64,000 nt of DNA. It comes from Salisapilia sapeloensis CBS 127946 (taxonomy: Eukaryota; Protista; Oomycota). Under the pieces are notes generated by a model that searched no databases, was not told the DNA's origin, and saw only the letters and a list, made by a program, of their open reading frames with translations. Positions 10,789 through 21,913 of the stretch are shown here, piece by piece; position 1 is the stretch's first letter, and each line of letters begins with the position of its first letter. The DNA lies in NCBI GenBank assembly GCA_023334545.1, contig JAADVB010000076.1, forward strand, positions 8,114 through 72,113, written 5' to 3'. The position numbers were made by a program, and so were the translations under genes.

Positions 10789-11012
10789 CTTGCGTAATGG
10801 ATCAAATGCCTTCGCTCCAGCCTGCGTCTCTTCACGATCGCATCGTTTTGATTCGTACAAAAGCACTTGCTCGACAACATGACTGGGCAAAAACAAACAA
10901 GTCAAATATCACAATATTAAACACATTATATCATCATCAATGTATACAAATAGCCATATTTTATCGGACCATTTTGACAATCTAACTTGACACGAACAAA
11001 GTAAAGTCCGTG

Positions 11013-13538
11013 ATGGACGCTCGAGCGCTGGCGACAGGCATCTCCCTCCATCCACCGACACGTCCGAGCTCTGAACCTTCATCTAATCCATTCTCTGTAC
11101 ATCCATCGCATTCCACCCAGGACGATGATGCCGGTGATGATGAAACAAGCTGGCGAAATATGCTCCAACAGCAAACGTTTATACGATTGCAACGGCAGAC
11201 GAAATCCACCGTTGAAACAGTACTAGGGAAAGCCAATCGATCTAGCTACCAGAGCATGGTAGACTACATGGTCAGTCACTGCGTTGGCAATACTGCTTAC
11301 TACGACGTCGACTGCTACCCGACTGCCGGTATCATTGCCGGCCAGGATGCACCGACCAGTAGTCTGTGGCTACCTCCACTCAGTCGCCAGCTACTCCAAC
11401 ACTTTCCACTCTTGTTACGTTGGGATTTCAACGCCAAGAACGCTCGAGTAGAGTTAGAAAACGTTCTCTTCCAGTTGCAAAGCGTAGATCGAGTTCGAGA
11501 ACGAGAAAAGTCTTGGCTACTGACTGAAATACACGCCTGCGACTTGGAAACAAATAAACCTTGGGCGTCACCACAAGCGCCCAAAAGATCAACACCACGA
11601 AAGCCTCTGAGAAAAACTCGATCAATGACTCAGCCGTGGCGTAATCCAGCACTGGCGCAAGACATGATCGACCACCTGGAGGTGGCAGCAGAGTCCAACA
11701 CGACCGATTCCACAAAAGTTACGAAGCAGATCAACACTTCTTCCACAAAACTATCTACCTCCCAGCTCATCCAAGCCATCCACTCGGAGTTTGAGGCCAA
11801 GTGCGATCCAAAGCAAGACGTCTGTGCAGAGCAAGTGGACATTCTCCTTGCAGTCGTTCGACAGCAGCTACAAGATGCGCTCAACGGGGACGAACGACAT
11901 GTCGTTGTCTACCAGCGATTCATCAACTGGTGTCTACGAAGAGTGACCAAAAGCCGATCTTTTGCCCAGCATGACGACCACGGCGTCATCCTCCCAGCCT
12001 ACTCCGAACGCCCTCTTGCCTCCTTCCTCCAGGAGCTGCTATCCAAAGGACTAGCCGACATCCGGACGTGTCCTTCCGACCAAAAGGATCCAACTCTCGA
12101 AACAAAGTGGAAAATGTCTCTGTCTAAAAACGCAGACTACTACCACTTCAACGCCAACGAAAGTCAAGTGCCCTACCTCATCCTGTGTATCGATCAATTG
12201 GAAACTCTTGACTCGAGAACACTCGCAGACTTTATGTCCATCTGGACGCAAGCGAATCGATCCAGGCGCTCCGATGAGACTCTTCGCATCGGGTTCGTCG
12301 TCGGCGTTGCGTCCCAAGCGTCCCCAGCCTTGCATCGTCTACCACTGCAAGTGACATCCAAAGTTGATCTTCAGTTCTTTCATCTCAAGGACTCGCTCAA
12401 GTGTTTCCAGGACGTCTTGGAGGCGCTCATCGTCCAGTCGTCTCTCCCTCTCCGTCTCTCGGGTGCCGTCCTGCGTTCCCTCGCAGCCGTCCAGCGTCGG
12501 TCCCAGTCTCTCGTTCGGTTCCGTCACGCCCTCTGCTTTGTCTGTTTCGACCACATTCGTTCTCATCCGTTCAGTTGCTCTACGTTACTCTTCCTACAAG
12601 ATGAAAAGTCAGAGGAAGTGCGACTACCTTTGAGAGTCAAAGTCTTTCGTCACGTCTGCAACACCTCTGACTCGGATCAAGAGGCTGCTCAAACTGTACA
12701 GAGAGCAGTGGACGCTGTACGTCGTCGACGACAGAAGTGGAATTGCGGATGGAGATGCTTGCGAGAGTGCTGTCTGTGGCTGCGCATCCCTCTTACAGAA
12801 ACGTCTCTCGTGTCCAGTTTGGCAGAGGCGCTCGACGGCAACCTCCAGTACTCGTCTGTCGTCGATGCAATGAAAGATCGAATTCATCTTGCGTCCTTCA
12901 AGGTGCTCAAGAGCTTGATGGACGGCCTGACAGGTATCTGCAACGATCATGAGGCGTCCAACGCGACTCTTCAGGAGCTCTCGTTGCTCTTTCAGTACGC
13001 CATCTTGTACGGCAAAGAAGACCCGGACTTTGCGCCCGTGGAAGGCAACTTGCGACAGGAGGCTCATGCAACGCTTTGTGAAGTGATAGGAAACTTGTGT
13101 AGCCCTAGCAGCTTTGACGAAGATGCTTCTGTAGCGACGGTTGCTCAGTTCCTAGAGCAAGAGACGACAGTAGACGACCCTTCGGTCATCGCGAGCGTCG
13201 AGCTAGACTACTACAACGAGCTGCACAATCTACTCTTGGAAATGGCCAATGATTCGACGTCGGATGACGACATCCTACAGGAAGCTCGGGCCGGAAATGT
13301 CGCCAACTCGACGTTTGGGAAGCAGCTGGGGAAAGCGTATACATACTATACGGACGCCGTGGGCAGGTATCTCGACTTGAGGGATTGGAAACGCCAGTTT
13401 GAAAGTGACATGCAAGAGCAAGATGCGTCGGCAACCTTTTTACGAGCATTGTGCACCCTCCGTCACTGGGGTTTGCTCAAGTCACTGGCGACGGAGAGCC
13501 GAGACGTGGAAAAGTTAGAGAAAATGGTCTTCATGTAA
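11013..13538 (+). CDS. ORC3: Origin recognition complex subunit 3-like
   Basis: 'LILCIDQLETLDSRTLADFMSIW...IGFVVGVAS...LPLQVTSKVDLQFF...LPLRLSGAVLR' follows the ORC3 AAA-like N-domain pattern. The C-terminal 'TFLRALCTLRHWGLLK' fits the ORC3 winged helix. Recognised by eye. Confidence 0.72.
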   Translation: MDARALATGISLHPPTRPSSEPSSNPFSVHPSHSTQDDDAGDDETSWRNMLQQQTFIRLQRQTKSTVETVLGKANRSSYQSMVDYMVSHCVGNTAYYDVDCYPTAGIIAGQDAPTSSLWLPPLSRQLLQHFPLLLRWDFNAKNARVELENVLFQLQSVDRVREREKSWLLTEIHACDLETNKPWASPQAPKRSTPRKPLRKTRSMTQPWRNPALAQDMIDHLEVAAESNTTDSTKVTKQINTSSTKLSTSQLIQAIHSEFEAKCDPKQDVCAEQVDILLAVVRQQLQDALNGDERHVVVYQRFINWCLRRVTKSRSFAQHDDHGVILPAYSERPLASFLQELLSKGLADIRTCPSDQKDPTLETKWKMSLSKNADYYHFNANESQVPYLILCIDQLETLDSRTLADFMSIWTQANRSRRSDETLRIGFVVGVASQASPALHRLPLQVTSKVDLQFFHLKDSLKCFQDVLEALIVQSSLPLRLSGAVLRSLAAVQRRSQSLVRFRHALCFVCFDHIRSHPFSCSTLLFLQDEKSEEVRLPLRVKVFRHVCNTSDSDQEAAQTVQRAVDAVRRRRQKWNCGWRCLRECCLWLRIPLTETSLVSSLAEALDGNLQYSSVVDAMKDRIHLASFKVLKSLMDGLTGICNDHEASNATLQELSLLFQYAILYGKEDPDFAPVEGNLRQEAHATLCEVIGNLCSPSSFDEDASVATVAQFLEQETTVDDPSVIASVELDYYNELHNLLLEMANDSTSDDDILQEARAGNVANSTFGKQLGKAYTYYTDAVGRYLDLRDWKRQFESDMQEQDASATFLRALCTLRHWGLLKSLATESRDVEKLEKMVFM

Positions 13539-13572
13539 AGTAAAAGAAAGATTGTTGAGATTATCCTCGCGT

Positions 13573-13846
13573 CTATTCGTCGCCTCGCTCAATTGCTGTG
13601 GCATAAAGTTAACATTTACATCAAATGAAAAATAGATGGCTGCAGCCTACCGCCAGTGTTGTAGTGCAAGAGTTTCTCGATCAAGTCGACGTGCGTGAGC
13701 ATCATACGTCGGCAGCAGTATCGCTTGAGCGCGAGTTCGTCGAGCGCATCTCGTTCCGTGTAGTCTGCTCGCAAGAGACCGAGGTAGGTCTCCCACTTGT
13801 TCGCGAGCACCTTGCCGCAGGTGAAGCAGCGCACGGGGACGATCAT
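13573..13846 (-). CDS. RPB10: RNA polymerase I/II/III shared subunit RPB10 (2 exons)
   Basis: '[13 protein letters not shown]...[23 protein letters not shown]'. A 55-nt intron (13596-13650) gives the ending TGAIERGDE*. Confidence 0.97.
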
Positions 13847-14013
13847 CTTTGAGCTCGAAGTCTCGTGACCAATATATTTTGCGCCAATGGCATACCTCGG
13901 GAGTGCTGATTGGATAGAATGCTGTAATCGTACTTAGGAGGGAAGATTCTCATTTGAAAAGTTCGAAGTGGAGGAGCAGCGGGAAGGGAGAAGCCGAAGG
14001 AGGAACTGCCTTC

Positions 14014-15267
14014 ATGGAGGATGCCAACGGACAGGCGCCTTCTCTCCACGATCCAATGGACGATAGCAGCATAGCCACGACCGACAAACTTTCAAATAGC
14101 GTCGCTAAGCCCAGCATCGATGCTGCACCCGTACCGACGGACGATGTGCAAGTGCTGCAGAAGGAGAACGCGAGCGGAGTTGCATATGAGAACAATGTAC
14201 AGGACAATGAAACGAGTGTAGATATGCACAAGGAGGTAGTGAGTAAGAGCAGTATCGTATCAGACGCCAAGGTACCCACGGATGCGCACCGTGGAGACGA
14301 CAAACAGGCCAAGGAAGAGAGGAGAACAGCTATCACGGAAGACTACAATTCGAGTCTAGTGGACTCTTTACCTATGGAAAGTACAGATCTTAACCTCCCG
14401 GACGTGGACTTTGACGTTGCCGCCGACCTCGACTCGACCCACCACAACGAGCAGCAGTCGGACCAGGACGACACCGTAGGCATGGAACGCATTGCCGACG
14501 TGGATGCCACGCAGATGCAGTGGTTTGGCGACGCAGATGCTTTGCTCAGTGAGAATGAGCCTGCGCTAGACGCGTCCGAGTTCTACAGTCAAGCCGACGA
14601 TACCATCTTGCCTCTGAAGCGTCCGTTTGATACGAGTGCTCCAAAGCCAAGCTCTTCGTCAGACAGTGAAAGCAATAGTGACACTTCCTCGTCTGTGCCG
14701 TCGACGCCTCGTGTGTCGAAGAAAGCGAAGCGAGTGGAGCGCGAGTGGGATGCAGTGTCCGACCTGGACAAGTACATCGAGCACATGACGAGTCTACCGT
14801 CCGATTTCGCTGACTTTGACGAGCTGTTGAATGAAGAGTGTCCGGTCTTTGAAGGTTTCTACGGCATCGCGCAGTACAGAGCCAAGCTGTCTGGCGTCTG
14901 GGCGTTCAACCACGAAGACTTGCGGCAGGGCGGGAGTCGCGTGTCCAAGTTCGAGTACTCTAGCAGCCACTTGCCCCACTTGAAGCCGTTTCGAAAAGCA
15001 GCAGCGAAGAAGCCGACGCTCGTGATTCCGTACAGCGGCAGCTACTCTGGGTTCTTTAATTTTCGCCAGTTCAACGGCAAAGTGCTCAAGATCCGTGAGA
15101 CGCAGCTGCAGCTAACGTTCGCCAAGGTCGGCGTAGACTCGGACGAGGTCGTGTCGCACGTGACGCTGCTCGGTCGAGGTAGAAACCAATTTGGTAGATT
15201 TTTGGTCAAGGGCAGTCTGGCGTTGGGTGACGGCCAAGTCCTCTTGCGTCGTCGATACCTGAATTAA
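14014..15267 (+). CDS. Hypothetical protein: acidic disordered N-terminus plus a predicted beta-rich C-terminal domain
   Basis: Long uninterrupted ORF with coding-like composition, head-to-head with RPB10. First ATG at 14014. No named family recognised. Confidence 0.75.
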   Translation: MEDANGQAPSLHDPMDDSSIATTDKLSNSVAKPSIDAAPVPTDDVQVLQKENASGVAYENNVQDNETSVDMHKEVVSKSSIVSDAKVPTDAHRGDDKQAKEERRTAITEDYNSSLVDSLPMESTDLNLPDVDFDVAADLDSTHHNEQQSDQDDTVGMERIADVDATQMQWFGDADALLSENEPALDASEFYSQADDTILPLKRPFDTSAPKPSSSSDSESNSDTSSSVPSTPRVSKKAKRVEREWDAVSDLDKYIEHMTSLPSDFADFDELLNEECPVFEGFYGIAQYRAKLSGVWAFNHEDLRQGGSRVSKFEYSSSHLPHLKPFRKAAAKKPTLVIPYSGSYSGFFNFRQFNGKVLKIRETQLQLTFAKVGVDSDEVVSHVTLLGRGRNQFGRFLVKGSLALGDGQVLLRRRYLN

Positions 15268-15639
15268 CTGTTTTTGCTCTGGAGATGCCGTTTAAACATG
15301 CAGTATATTTTTATGAACGCATCGCTTTGTCCCATCGCAAACCTTGATCTTGTCGTATGCTGCGTCTCCTGAGGAGATGCAAGAAGTAGGCGCTCGAAGG
15401 ATCTCGGCGCTGTCTAGCTGGTAGTAATCCGACCAGAGTGTTTACATTGGACGCTAGATAAAGCACCCTCCCCTCCCTGTAAAGACAAGTGACGCTTCCT
15501 ACCTTCGAACCTGTTCAAGTCCATACTCGCACCTCTTTAAACGAATACCTCTTAATCACCTTGGAAGAGCAGCTGAGATGACGCTCCTGTCCTCGCCCTT
15601 TTCATTGGTTCGATCCATACCTTCACTTGTATCCCTCGG

Positions 15640-15648
15640 GCTCATTCT
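15640..15648 (+). promoter_or_regulatory. Putative oomycete initiator (GCTCATTCT) upstream of cysteine synthase
   Basis: Matches GCTCATTYY, 39 nt upstream of the ATG at 15688. Confidence 0.4.
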
Positions 15649-15687
15649 GAAAGTCGACGGCTACGTCCCAAGTCACACGTCAGCAAC

Positions 15688-16722
15688 ATGTTCGCCAAGA
15701 AGATGCTCCAGCGCACGGCCATGGCCGCCAAGCCACACATGCGATCCATGCACATTGCCAATGACATGACTCAGCTCATTGGCAACACGCCTCTCGTCTA
15801 CCTCAACAAGGTCACCGAGGGTCTCAACGCCAAGGTCGCCGTCAAGTGCGAGTTCATGGAACCCTGCGCCAGCGTCAAGGACCGTATCGGTATGAGCATG
15901 ATCAAGGCTGCTGAAGAGAGCGGTCAGATCAACAAGGACACGCTCCTCGTCGAACCCACGAGCGGAAACACCGGTATCGGTCTTGCCTTTGCCGCTGCTG
16001 TCCGAGGATACAAGCTCACGCTCGTTATGCCCGACACGATGAGTATGGAGCGCCGTATCATCCTCAAGTCCTTTGGCTGCGACGTCATTCTCACGCCAGG
16101 TGCTCGTGGCATGACCGGAGCCGTCATGAAGGCCGAGGAAATCGTCCGCAACCACCCCAACTCGCTTTCTCTCGCCCAGTTTGAGAATGAGGCTAACCCC
16201 AAGATCCACTACGAAACCACGGGTCCGGAAATCTGGAAGGACACGGACGGCACGGTCGACTACTTTGTCAGCGGCGTCGGCACCGGCGGCACCATCACCG
16301 GTACCGCTCGTTACCTCAAGCCGCTCAAGCCGGAGATGAAGGTCGTCGCCGTCGAGCCGGAGGAGAGCCCCGTGCTGTCCGGTGGCAACCCTGCGCCGCA
16401 CAAGATCCAGGGCATTGGTGCTGGCTTTGTCCCGAGCATCCTCGACCGTGATCTGATCGACGAGATCTTGACGCCGAACTCGGCCCAATCGTTCGCCATG
16501 GCCAAGCGTCTTGCTCTCGAGGAAGGTCTTCTCGTCGGCCCGTCGTCCGGTGCAGCCGTGGTTGCCAGTCTGGAGCTCGCCAAGAGGAAGGAGGCTGAAG
16601 GAAAGCTGATTGTGGCCATTCTGCCGTCCTTCGGTGAGCGATACTTGAGCTCTCCGCTCTTTGAGCAGGAGCGCGAGGCCGCTGCCAACTTGCCGACGTC
16701 GGAACTCCCGGAGAAGAACTAA
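15688..16722 (+). CDS. cysK: Cysteine synthase (O-acetylserine sulfhydrylase) with probable mitochondrial presequence
   Basis: '[10 protein letters not shown]', the PLP-lysine motif '[10 protein letters not shown]', '[12 protein letters not shown]', '[10 protein letters not shown]', '[10 protein letters not shown]' and 'PSFGERYLS'. Confidence 0.97.
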   Translation: MFAKKMLQRTAMAAKPHMRSMHIANDMTQLIGNTPLVYLNKVTEGLNAKVAVKCEFMEPCASVKDRIGMSMIKAAEESGQINKDTLLVEPTSGNTGIGLAFAAAVRGYKLTLVMPDTMSMERRIILKSFGCDVILTPGARGMTGAVMKAEEIVRNHPNSLSLAQFENEANPKIHYETTGPEIWKDTDGTVDYFVSGVGTGGTITGTARYLKPLKPEMKVVAVEPEESPVLSGGNPAPHKIQGIGAGFVPSILDRDLIDEILTPNSAQSFAMAKRLALEEGLLVGPSSGAAVVASLELAKRKEAEGKLIVAILPSFGERYLSSPLFEQEREAAANLPTSELPEKN

Positions 16723-18803
16723 GCGCTGTTATGATGTCGTGTAACGTTGCTGTCTTATAAAAGCACTATATCAATGACAAGAGAAAGTTAGAGAAACGAG
16801 GTACTTTGGTATGTCTGATGCGTGCTGGTTGATCGCCCTGTAGGAGGCTGGTCGTGCTGTTAAAACGTGGTGTATGTGTCACCATCTCTTGATGTGCTCT
16901 ACTTCTAGCTGCTCGTCAGTGTCTTTGTCCATTGTCACAGAAACTATTTTTGCAAGTCACCTGGTCGCATCTACTCTGTAGACATTGACTGTATCTCTCG
17001 TATGGTTTGTTGATCCAACGGATACCGTTATATACAAAAGGTAAGCACTTTGGCGTTTTTGTATTTTTGCCTCTAGACAGGTTAAGGAGTTATTCAGCGC
17101 ACTTAAGCGATCAAGTCCTACCACGACGGTGTTTCCTGTATGGTTCAAGTATGCAGGGGTAGAAAGTTAAACATTTAAAAAGCTTTTGGATCGAGTAGGC
17201 GCCATGCTGTCATACGTTCGCAGTAGATACACCATATATAAAAACATACACGCAAAAGTGTATACAATAGAGAGTCTACCGATATAGCACGTACGAGATA
17301 CATTCGGACGTACGTATCCACTCGACCTTGTCCTCTTCCTTCAGCCTACACTTCAAATTGAAGTAGTGATGGAATGGATCTTGCCCCGACTACTCCAGCT
17401 TCAACCTACACTTTATGTCGATTGTGGGAGCAATATGCTAGAGGAACGTCTGTCCTTGATGTGGCGGGTACAAGGGGTCGCGAGGATTTGCGAGTTCTCA
17501 TCCGCTTTTACAATGCAAAAATTTGAAGGGCATGCAAAAGACAATACTGTATGCTTTATGGACAGCAATAACTTTGAAAAGTCTGGTGATTGTGCCGAGT
17601 CTCGCTCTTTGGTCACACCAGCCTCTACTGGGAAAGGAATTGGCACAACGGCAAGATGGTACGCGAAGAGATGCTCTTCCCAAGTTGCACAATACCGCCA
17701 AAGGTGTACGTGCGAACAACTCTCGAGCTTCTTACAATTCGTGCACACTATTTCTGATAATGCGTCGATGATCTGCCGAGGTGCACGTACGACGAAGGCC
17801 CTCTAAAGTTGTAATGAGTGGCTTTGTAAGAGCATCATTAAACAGCTCACTGTTGGTTGCATTCCCATCGCACAAAGACAAGGCCGTGAATAGTGTCAAT
17901 GATCAGCTCACCAACGTATCGTCATGTTTGTTTTGTTGTTGAATTTGCAACTGCGATCAAATACGGCGAAAGTTGTGTTGGAGGGAAACGTTTTAGCGCG
18001 ACACCCATTGTACGATCCTCGTCTTCAAATCATAATCAGTTTTCTAGAGTGTGGTACTGGAGATTGCTAATGAACACGCGGAAAGCATCTTTTCCCGGTG
18101 CTGCTACCTCGCTTTGCTGAGATTCCTCTTGAACAGACGAACTTGCACACGTGTGATGAAGGTGTTGAATCTTGGTGGAGGATCTGCTGCGCGTGGTTGA
18201 AGTAATCTCTTCTTCCGGACCTCTTGTTACTCCATCTAGCACATAAAAGAATAAACAGATTATAATAGTAAGAACATAAATCTATCTTGATCAACAACCG
18301 TTGGTGCCTAAATGTAGAAAGTAGATGTCAAGGTGCATTTCATGTTGCCATGCCAGATTCGTAAGCGTGCACAGCTCTACAGCTTTTGTTTCGTGTTTTT
18401 AGAGTATCATCCGCTAAGTAGATCCTATCGTGGCTAATGTGAAACATGTAAGGTAGACTCATTGCATTGCTAGTTTTAATAGGAGTCCAGCTTGCAATTC
18501 TACTTTCGCTTGGTTAACACACCTGAGAACGAGAAGCCATTGGTGACTTTATATACCCTCACTCCATTACTACTGCCAGGCAATCCCTTTCGCTAGAACG
18601 CTGCCAAGTAATAGTTCTCGCCATCCTTCAAAATAAATGTTTCATGTACCTTCCCCTGCACTTGCCAGACAACGAGCGTAAACTCCAAGACAAACAATGC
18701 GGAAGAGCTTTTTAATTGCAATCTCGTGACCGAATACATTTCTGTCTAAAACGTGATTTCATACGCGTCATGGTCCACGTACCACTTTCTACTCCGCCCA
18801 GTC

Positions 18804-20679
18804 CTATGTTTTAATCGACTCCCAAGGCTTTTGCGGGCGCTCCTCCCGACTCTTTTGCAGCAGATCCGACGAATCATCCGATAGTCGGTCTTCAATGTCC
18901 TTGATCCCAGGCACCTTTTCCCCGTTCTCAATCTTCTTCATAAGCTCCGAAAACGACTGAGGGTACTTTGGTTCGTCCTTTTCCTCCAGCTCTTCCTTCT
19001 CCTTCGGCTCCACAGACGTACTCTGCTGGTTGAGTCTCTCCATGAACTTGGTCAGACTGTCCGTTTCGTCTGCCTTCGCCTTCTCTTCCAACGGACTCTC
19101 CTCTGGTTTCAAGACCGACTCTTCCTCTGTTTTCGTGGGCAAAGCGGGCGTCCGGAGCGACTGGAAGTGGTTTCGAGCCACTTGTTCCATGGGCGTATCG
19201 TCATTCGAAGAGAGAGACTGGAGGCTCTTAAGAAGAGCTTGGAGGATGGACAAGTGGGCGTCCAGATCCTCCTTCGAGTGCCACGTCCATTCGAGGTTTC
19301 CATTCCGATTCTCAAACCCTATCGATCGAAGCACTTCTTCGTGATGCTACAGACTCTTGTCAGAAGTATAAAGATAGATGATAATGTAAAAAGACGTACG
19401 TGGAGTGGTTGGATCTTTTGCTTGTAGTTCACGTTCCCAGTCGCGATGCGGCGATACCGAGGAACGTCCGGATGCTACATACAAAGTGTTATGACAAGTC
19501 CGGCAATACAGCCTATGGATGCTTACCTCGGTGAGGTTCCGGACGTACATGGAGAGGATACTGGCAGCCTGCTTAACGTCCTCCAACGAGTTCTATCGTC
19601 ACCCCACGCTTTATCACAGCTATAATCCCTACTTTAACCAAAGTTTAAGCGTACCTCTGTTCTGAATCGCTTGAGAGCGTCTTCCATCTTGTCCATCTTT
19701 TGCTCCACTCCTACGACCTTGGGCGCCTCCACCTTTTCCTTTACATCCACAGCTTCATCCTCCACCTTTTCAACCTTTGTATCCTGTTTCTCCACTGCAG
19801 TCTTCTGTGGGGACGGAGCAGGAACAGAAGACTCTTCCAACACCTTTTGGAGAGCTGATACTTGTGCTTGAAGAGTTGCAATCTCCTTGGCATTGGACTA
19901 CATACGACATGAGTACCATACAAAAATACAGCGAAACAGTAGTCCTACTTGCTCCGACAGCTTCGTGTCCAACAGCGTCTGGGTCGTCAGCTGCTGCTCG
20001 GACGAATGGAGCGACTTGGAGAGAGCAGAGAGCTCCTGCGTTTGCTCCTGAATGGCAGTAGACACGCCCGTGATGGCTGTCATCAACTGCTCGTCCTCTG
20101 CCTTCATCTTCTCCTCTTCCTCCTTCACTTTTTCGTCTTCCAAACCGTACCGTGGAGACAGCCAGGGAATCCACCCATTCTCCCTCGCATAGTTCCACAC
20201 CATATTCACGACCGTCGCTGCTCCGACGATCGATGCAACAGTCGTTAGGAACTGGATGTACGGAGGCGTGTATCGCTTCGGGACTAGCTGGAAGCCAGCA
20301 GGGATGGCACCCATGCCAACTGCAGTAGCAGGTGTGGTCGCTGGCGGAGACGAGTACTGGACAGTCGCCGAGGATGGAGACGTGGAAGAAGAGGCATTCT
20401 GGTATCGCTCCAGCGCTTCCTGCACCTCTTCTTTCGTCAGACCCTTTTGCTCTAGGAACTGGATACGTTCGCTAATTGGCGTCGACTAGCATGAGCACAA
20501 GAAGGGTATTAGTCGAATGCTCACAGGAGACCAAAGCGATCTCTAGCAAGTAGAAAACAAGTCTCTTGTAGAAATAACAAGACATCCTCTTCATATCATA
20601 TCACTGAAGCTACGACAAGTACCTGGACGTTCGGGTGCTGTAGGAATTGGACCCCATTTGCCACTTGGTCCTCCCTCAT
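18804..20679 (-). CDS. PEX14: PEX14 with C-terminal PUB and KPWE (PEX39-like) domains; 6 exons, about 506 aa
   Basis: Exons 20679-20623, 20485-19949, 19897-19655, 19592-19527, 19474-19400 and 19346-18804; all five introns are GT-AG and phase 0. The product has Pex14_N 'NGVQFLQHPNVQSTPISERIQFLEQKGLTKEEV', a hydrophobic segment, a coiled coil, a PUB-like 'SILSMYVRNLTEHPDVPRYRRIATGN...LRSIGF', and 'YPQSFSELMKKIENGEKVPGIKDI...QKPWE'. Confidence 0.85.
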
Positions 20680-20830
20680 GCTATGGCCGATTCTTGTTTA
20701 TTAAGCGTCATGCCAGCAGTTCCGTCCTCTTCTCCTGTAATTCGTAGAAACTGATATGCATCCTCCGCTGATTGGTTGAAATGGGCTACTGGAGCACACA
20801 GCCTATAACTCCGCTCGGACTTTGACAAGC

Positions 20831-21834
20831 ATGGCGAAGCGACCGCATGAGGATAGAGAGGAGAAGGAGGATGGAGAAGAGTCTAAAGACTCGCAGGTCA
20901 TGCGGAATCCATCTCACATCCGCAACAAACAGAAGCGGCAACAGATGATGCAAAAGTACAAGAAGCAGAAGAAGCTATTGAAAAAGCAGAACAGGGAGGC
21001 AGTCGCCAATGGACAGCGAGAGAAGCAGACGCCGCAGACGCTGGACTCGAAGCGAGAGGCAGAGGTCAGCATCGTCGATACCTCTGGCGCAGATGACGAG
21101 GTCGCGAACGACGAGGTGGAGGACGAATTCGCCGACATCTTTGGCAATGAGACTGCCCCGAAGCTCATGATCACGACGCGGCCTCGACCGTCCGGCGACC
21201 TGTACTACTTTATCCAGGACCTCATGAACCTCCTCCCGAACGCCTTCTACTACAAGCGAGGCGCGAACGACATCAAGGACATTGTCCAGTGGGCCACCAA
21301 CAAGGAGTTCACGCACCTCGTCGTGCTGTCGGAAAAAGCCAAGAAGTGCAATGGGTACGTCTACTACTCCCCACTGTCCATTCTACACTAATTATTACAT
21401 ATAGCATGGTCGTGAGTCGACTTCCGGACGGTCCGACTGCCTTCTTCAAGGTGTCGAACGTGAAACTTTGCAAAGAGATCTCGAACCACGCTCGACAGAC
21501 AGCGCACCAGCCAGAGCTCATTCTGAACAACTTTTCCACTCGACTCGGCCATCGAGTCGGTCGGTTCCTAGGTAGCTTATTCCCTCACGACCCAGAGTTT
21601 GAGGGTCGACAGGTCGTTACGTTCCACAACCAGCGAGACTTTATCTTTGTCCGACACCATCGGTACATCTTTGAGAACGAAGGAACGAAAGCTCGACTGC
21701 AGGAGATCGGGCCGAGGTTCACGGTCAAGATGCGGTGGCTGCAGGAAGGAACGTTCGACACAAAGTTCGGGGAGTACGAGTGGGTCCACAAGCAGCACCA
21801 GGTGGACACGACTCGAAGACGCTTCCACTTGTAG
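20831..21834 (+). CDS. RPF1: Brix-domain 60S biogenesis factor RPF1 (2 exons; intron 21355-21404)
   Basis: '[10 protein letters not shown]', '[12 protein letters not shown]', '[13 protein letters not shown]', '[18 protein letters not shown]' and '[21 protein letters not shown]'. Confidence 0.92.
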
Positions 21835-21913
21835 ATTCGAATAGATTGTCTTTTTCATCTATACTTAGCTTCTATTTATACTTCTTTACCTCTATCCAGA
21901 CTCTAGTACTAGA

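Noticed and set aside
20486-20622. Longer PEX14 intron 1 (137 nt) and START-FYVE intron 1 (34486-34692, 207 nt) as snoRNA hosts
   Set aside because: Neither has a properly spaced C box (RTGATGA) plus D box (CTGA) pair or an H/ACA layout, and I saw no convincing terminal stem.
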